A stretch of 64,000 bases of DNA, taken from NCBI GenBank assembly GCA_964467535.1, contig CAYXRT010000004.1:20956-84955 (forward strand), in the 5' to 3' direction. A program made the position numbers and the translations under genes. Every line of letters starts with the position of its first letter. The first letter of the stretch is position 1. Positions 60,490 through 64,000 of the stretch are shown piece after piece. The DNA comes from an uncultured Desulfurococcales archaeon (lineage in GTDB: Archaea; Thermoproteota; Thermoprotei_A; Sulfolobales; WANQ01). The notes under the pieces were generated by a model. The model ran no database searches and was not told the DNA's origin. It saw only the letters and a list, made by a program, of their open reading frames with translations.

Positions 60490-63342
60490 ATGGTAGCTGT
60501 TGAGGGAGCATTTAAGTATCTTCATCCTACCTTGAAGAAGGTTTTACCTAGTTATGGTTATCTTAAGCCTACTCCTATTCAAGAGAAGGCTATACCAGTT
60601 GTATTAGGTGGTCATCACGTAGTTGTTATTGGCCCTACAGGTTCAGGTAAGACAGAAGCTGCTTTATTTCCTGTTTATTCTAAGATTCTTGAAAAAGGGC
60701 TTAATGGTTCTGGTCAAATTCTTGTGCTTTATATTACTCCTTTGAGGGCATTAAATAGAGATATTTGGTTTAGAATGAATGATATTGCTAAAGCTATTGG
60801 TTTGAAAATGGCTATTAGACATGGTGATACTCCTCAAAGTGAAAGAGCACGGATTGTACGTAATCCTCCCGATATACTTATTACCACTCCTGAAACTTTT
60901 CAATTCTTACTTGTGGGTAGAAAGTCTAGAGAGATCTTAAGGGGCGTTAGGTGGGTTATTGTTGATGAACTCCATGAGCTTATTGATAATAAGCGTGGTG
61001 TGCAGCTAACCATCGGTTTAGAAAGATTACTTGAAATTACGGGTAGAAGATTTCAGAGAATTGGTTTATCTGCGACCATAGGTGATATCGATCTTGCCAA
61101 GAACTTTCTTGGCGGAGGTTTTCGTTATGTTGAAGTAGTCTACGTTGAGCTTTCTAAAGGTATGAATATGGTTGTCGATTTTCCTACACCTTCTGAAGAA
61201 GACGAGATATTATCTCAAGAAATTGAAACGACACCTCAAACTGCAGCAAGAATTAGAAGGATTATTGAACTTATTAGAAGTAGGAAGGGAAGCCTGGTCT
61301 TCACTAACACTCGTGATATGGCTGAATTTCTTTCATCTAAACTACATAAGTTATTAGGTGATGCTATTAAAGTTCACCATGGTAGTTTATCAGCTAGTGA
61401 AAGAATTACAGCTGAGAAAATGTTTAAGGAGAGTTTAATCAAAGCGCTTGTATGTACATCCTCTCTTGAGTTAGGTATTGATATTGGTCACGTTGATTTA
61501 GTTATTCAGTATATGTCTCCTAGACAAGCCACTAAGCTTTTACAAAGAGTTGGTAGGTCAGGTCATAGATTAGATAAAATTTCTAAAGGCTATATCATAG
61601 CATTTGATAGTTTTGACGATATTATTGAATCAGCAGTACTTGCCCGTAGAGCCATGAGATGTGAACTTGAAAATCCTCATATTCATGAAAATGCGTTTGA
61701 CGTATTAGCTCATCAAATTATCGGTATCGTGCTTGAAAGAGGTATTGTTGACATAGATTACATATACTCTGTTATTAGGAGGGCTTACCCTTATAGAGAT
61801 CTACCCTTTAGTGACTTAATGGAAGTGATTAAACAGCTTTCTTCTCAGGGATTAATTAAGGTCGTTAATGGGAGTCTTAAGCCGGGTTATGGTTCTTGGA
61901 AATATTATTATGAGACTTCTATGATACCTGATGTTAAACATTATAAGGTTAGGGATATAGTTACAAATACCTTTATTGGCGATCTAGATGAAGAATTTGT
62001 AGCATATCATTGTAGTGAAGGATCACTATTTATTCTTAGCGGTAGGGTTTGGAAAGTCGTAAGCATTGATCATGAGAAACATATTGTTAATGTGGAACCT
62101 CTCGAGAAAGCTATGGGTATTTTACCTGCATGGGAAGGAGAACTTATCCCTGTTGATTATAAGGTTGCTAGAGAAGTCGCAGCATTAAGAAGGAGAATTC
62201 GTGATTCATTAAGTAATGTAAATAAGTTGAACGAAATATTATCTCAATACCCTCTAACAAGTAAGGCACGTGAAAGAATTATTAAGGTCATCTCAGAGCA
62301 TGTTAAGAAGAATCTACCAGTTCCAACAGATAAAGACATAGTTTTTGAAGGTTTAGGCAAAATAGTCGTCGTCCATGCAGCATTAGGCTCCAATGGTTGC
62401 CAACTTTTAGGTATAGTGCTTTCATTTATATTAAGTAAAAAGCTTGGATGTAGTGTCGCTTATAGATCTGATCCATATAGAGTCTTACTTGTTTTTCCAT
62501 ATGCTATTGATCCAAAATATATTGCTTCGACTATTAATGAACTTGCAAAATATAATCACGATAAAATAATGGATTTAATAAGAGAGGCCATTCCTAAGAC
62601 CAGGATATATAAGTGGAGGCTTCTTCATGTAGCTATGAGGTTTGGTGTAATCAGAAAAGATGTAGATTCTAGGTATATAAATAAAGTATTAGATACATTA
62701 ACAAACAGCATTATTGGTAAAGAAGCATTAAAGGAAGTGCTGGTCGATAAGCTCGACTTAAATGCTTTAATTAAATTTTTAAGTGACGTGAAGTTAGGTA
62801 AGTTAAAGGTACATATTGTAAGTAATAGAAAAGAACCACTACCTATAACTAAGGAATCGTTAATGAATATGTTATTATACGATATTGTAGCTCCAGCTAT
62901 ACCTTTCACCGTACTTATTCAATTAATTAAGAAGAGGTTACTAAGTAAAAGAGTAAGGCTCTTATGTATCATGTGTGGTAAGTGGAGTATTACAGCTAGA
63001 GTAGGTGAGCTTCCTGATAGAATCAATTGCCCTAAATGTGGATCAGGTCTAGTAACTGTAATAAGACATGATGATGTTGAATCTGAGAAAATAGTTAAGA
63101 AGTACTTAAGAAGAATAAAGTTAAGTGATGAGGAGTCAAGGAAGTTTAAAGAACTTAAGGATAAGGCTTACGTTGTTTTAACATATGGCAAAGTTGGAGT
63201 TATCGCCCTATCAGCACATGGTGTTGGACCAAAGACGGCATTAAGGATTGCGGGTAAGTATTATGAGAGTGAAGAGGCTTTTTACAGAGCTATACTTGAA
63301 GCTGAAAGACAATATATTAGGACTAGGCAATACTGGCATTAA
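60490..63342 (+). CDS. lhr: Lhr-like large superfamily-2 helicase with C-terminal zinc ribbon
   Basis: Motif I GPTGSGKTEAA, motif II DELH, motif III SAT, motif VI QRVGRSGH. Extended C-terminal domain with CIMCGK...CPKCGS. Confidence 0.85.
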   Translation: MVAVEGAFKYLHPTLKKVLPSYGYLKPTPIQEKAIPVVLGGHHVVVIGPTGSGKTEAALFPVYSKILEKGLNGSGQILVLYITPLRALNRDIWFRMNDIAKAIGLKMAIRHGDTPQSERARIVRNPPDILITTPETFQFLLVGRKSREILRGVRWVIVDELHELIDNKRGVQLTIGLERLLEITGRRFQRIGLSATIGDIDLAKNFLGGGFRYVEVVYVELSKGMNMVVDFPTPSEEDEILSQEIETTPQTAARIRRIIELIRSRKGSLVFTNTRDMAEFLSSKLHKLLGDAIKVHHGSLSASERITAEKMFKESLIKALVCTSSLELGIDIGHVDLVIQYMSPRQATKLLQRVGRSGHRLDKISKGYIIAFDSFDDIIESAVLARRAMRCELENPHIHENAFDVLAHQIIGIVLERGIVDIDYIYSVIRRAYPYRDLPFSDLMEVIKQLSSQGLIKVVNGSLKPGYGSWKYYYETSMIPDVKHYKVRDIVTNTFIGDLDEEFVAYHCSEGSLFILSGRVWKVVSIDHEKHIVNVEPLEKAMGILPAWEGELIPVDYKVAREVAALRRRIRDSLSNVNKLNEILSQYPLTSKARERIIKVISEHVKKNLPVPTDKDIVFEGLGKIVVVHAALGSNGCQLLGIVLSFILSKKLGCSVAYRSDPYRVLLVFPYAIDPKYIASTINELAKYNHDKIMDLIREAIPKTRIYKWRLLHVAMRFGVIRKDVDSRYINKVLDTLTNSIIGKEALKEVLVDKLDLNALIKFLSDVKLGKLKVHIVSNRKEPLPITKESLMNMLLYDIVAPAIPFTVLIQLIKKRLLSKRVRLLCIMCGKWSITARVGELPDRINCPKCGSGLVTVIRHDDVESEKIVKKYLRRIKLSDEESRKFKELKDKAYVVLTYGKVGVIALSAHGVGPKTALRIAGKYYESEEAFYRAILEAERQYIRTRQYWH

Positions 63343-63411
63343 GTAAATACTCATACACTTCATTAAAGCAAATAAGATTGTTACTATAAGTTAAGACTTA
63401 GTGGTTAGGAT

Positions 63412-63810
63412 ATGGAAACTTCAAATAATCTATTAAGGCAAGTTTATGGCTTATTAAAGGAAATGGGGTATGATGTGAAGTATATCGATGAACTTACATT
63501 AGTAATCAATATAAAGACGAGTGATTTCAATCAACTTAATATTATAATACAACTTGATCCTACTATTAGGAAGATTAGATTTATGGTACCAACTAATTTT
63601 GAAGTACGTAGTGCAGGGAAGTTATTAAGACTTCTTAGGCATTCTTTTGATAGCTGGAAGTACTTTTATGCAATAGACCCAGAATACTATGTTATTGTAA
63701 TATGTGATACCTATTTTACCGATGTGAGGAAGCTGAGAGTTTTAATTGAAAGAATTATAAATTATGTTATTGAAGGAGTGAGTAAGTTAGAGGATATTTT
63801 AGGTACTTAG
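63412..63810 (+). CDS. Hypothetical protein
   Basis: 132-aa ORF. Weak resemblance to small YbjN-type alpha/beta proteins only. Confidence 0.4.
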   Translation: METSNNLLRQVYGLLKEMGYDVKYIDELTLVINIKTSDFNQLNIIIQLDPTIRKIRFMVPTNFEVRSAGKLLRLLRHSFDSWKYFYAIDPEYYVIVICDTYFTDVRKLRVLIERIINYVIEGVSKLEDILGT

Positions 63811-63819
63811 AATTAGAGT

Positions 63820-64000
63820 TTAATCTTCAAGGTATTCTTTTAAGCTAACCTCCTTACCCTTCTTAACGAATTTAATTCTAATTTCAGGTTTTATAGGTAC
63901 ACCTAGGTTGTTTAATAATAGTAAGAGTGTTTGTGCATCTAATTCTCTTATATAACCTGCTTGTATAAGCCTAGCTATAACTGCGATAGCATATCTTGTT
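63820..64000 (-). CDS. 3-prime end of a CDS that continues beyond the window (unknown product)
   Basis: My minus-strand translation is open to the window edge: ...RYAIAVIARLIQAGYIRELDAQTLLLLLNNLGVPIKPEIRIKFVKKGKEVSLKEYLED, with the stop at 63820-63822. Absent from the ORF track because the start lies outside the window. Confidence 0.5.
   Translation of the reverse strand, partial: TRYAIAVIARLIQAGYIRELDAQTLLLLLNNLGVPIKPEIRIKFVKKGKEVSLKEYLED

Noticed and set aside
1-64000. CRISPR arrays, IS elements, integrases, rRNA and tRNA genes
   Set aside because: I saw no regularly spaced direct repeats, no transposase or integrase-like ORFs, and no GC-rich blocks with tRNA or rRNA signatures on visual inspection. 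An automated scan would still be advisable.

Overview
AT-rich archaeal chromosomal segment; hand counts of 60-nt lines give 22-47% G+C. Gene content points to a hyperthermophilic crenarchaeon: a Sulfolobus-type archaellum operon (flaB-flaX-flaG-flaF-flaH-flaI-flaJ) with an ArnR-like membrane regulator, Pelota, a PaREP1-family protein, and a GC-rich RNA island in an AT-rich background. I cannot name the species. About 58 credible CDS are present. Housekeeping genes include fused GMP synthase, a class II-type HMG-CoA reductase, myo-inositol-1-phosphate synthase with an IMPase-family protein, Pelota, an Lhr-type helicase and TldD/PmbA. There are two sugar ABC transporters, one CUT1-like and one ribose-type. 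There are also several clusters of poorly understood genes. I found no rRNA, tRNA, CRISPR array, transposase or integrase. Items most worth a second look: (1) a 326-aa intein in FlaI immediately before the His box; (2) a 1627-aa MMPL/RND-type transporter with a ~1050-aa sequon-rich ectodomain, grouped with PadR, a surface protein and a membrane-tethered wHTH protein; (3) an unannotated structured RNA on the minus strand at ~552-810, supported by three helices whose G-U pairs only work on that strand; (4) a 21-nt GC-rich box shared by the upstream regions of the ArnR-like gene and the archaellin gene; (5) a tightly coupled tldD-pmbA-E1-like-glycine-zipper membrane protein operon; (6) an RHH / RG-WG-rich NifX-like / double ferredoxin-MinD ATPase cluster; (7) a very AT-rich orphan gene with long ORF-free flanks. 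All functional calls rest on motif recognition by eye. No database search was run.
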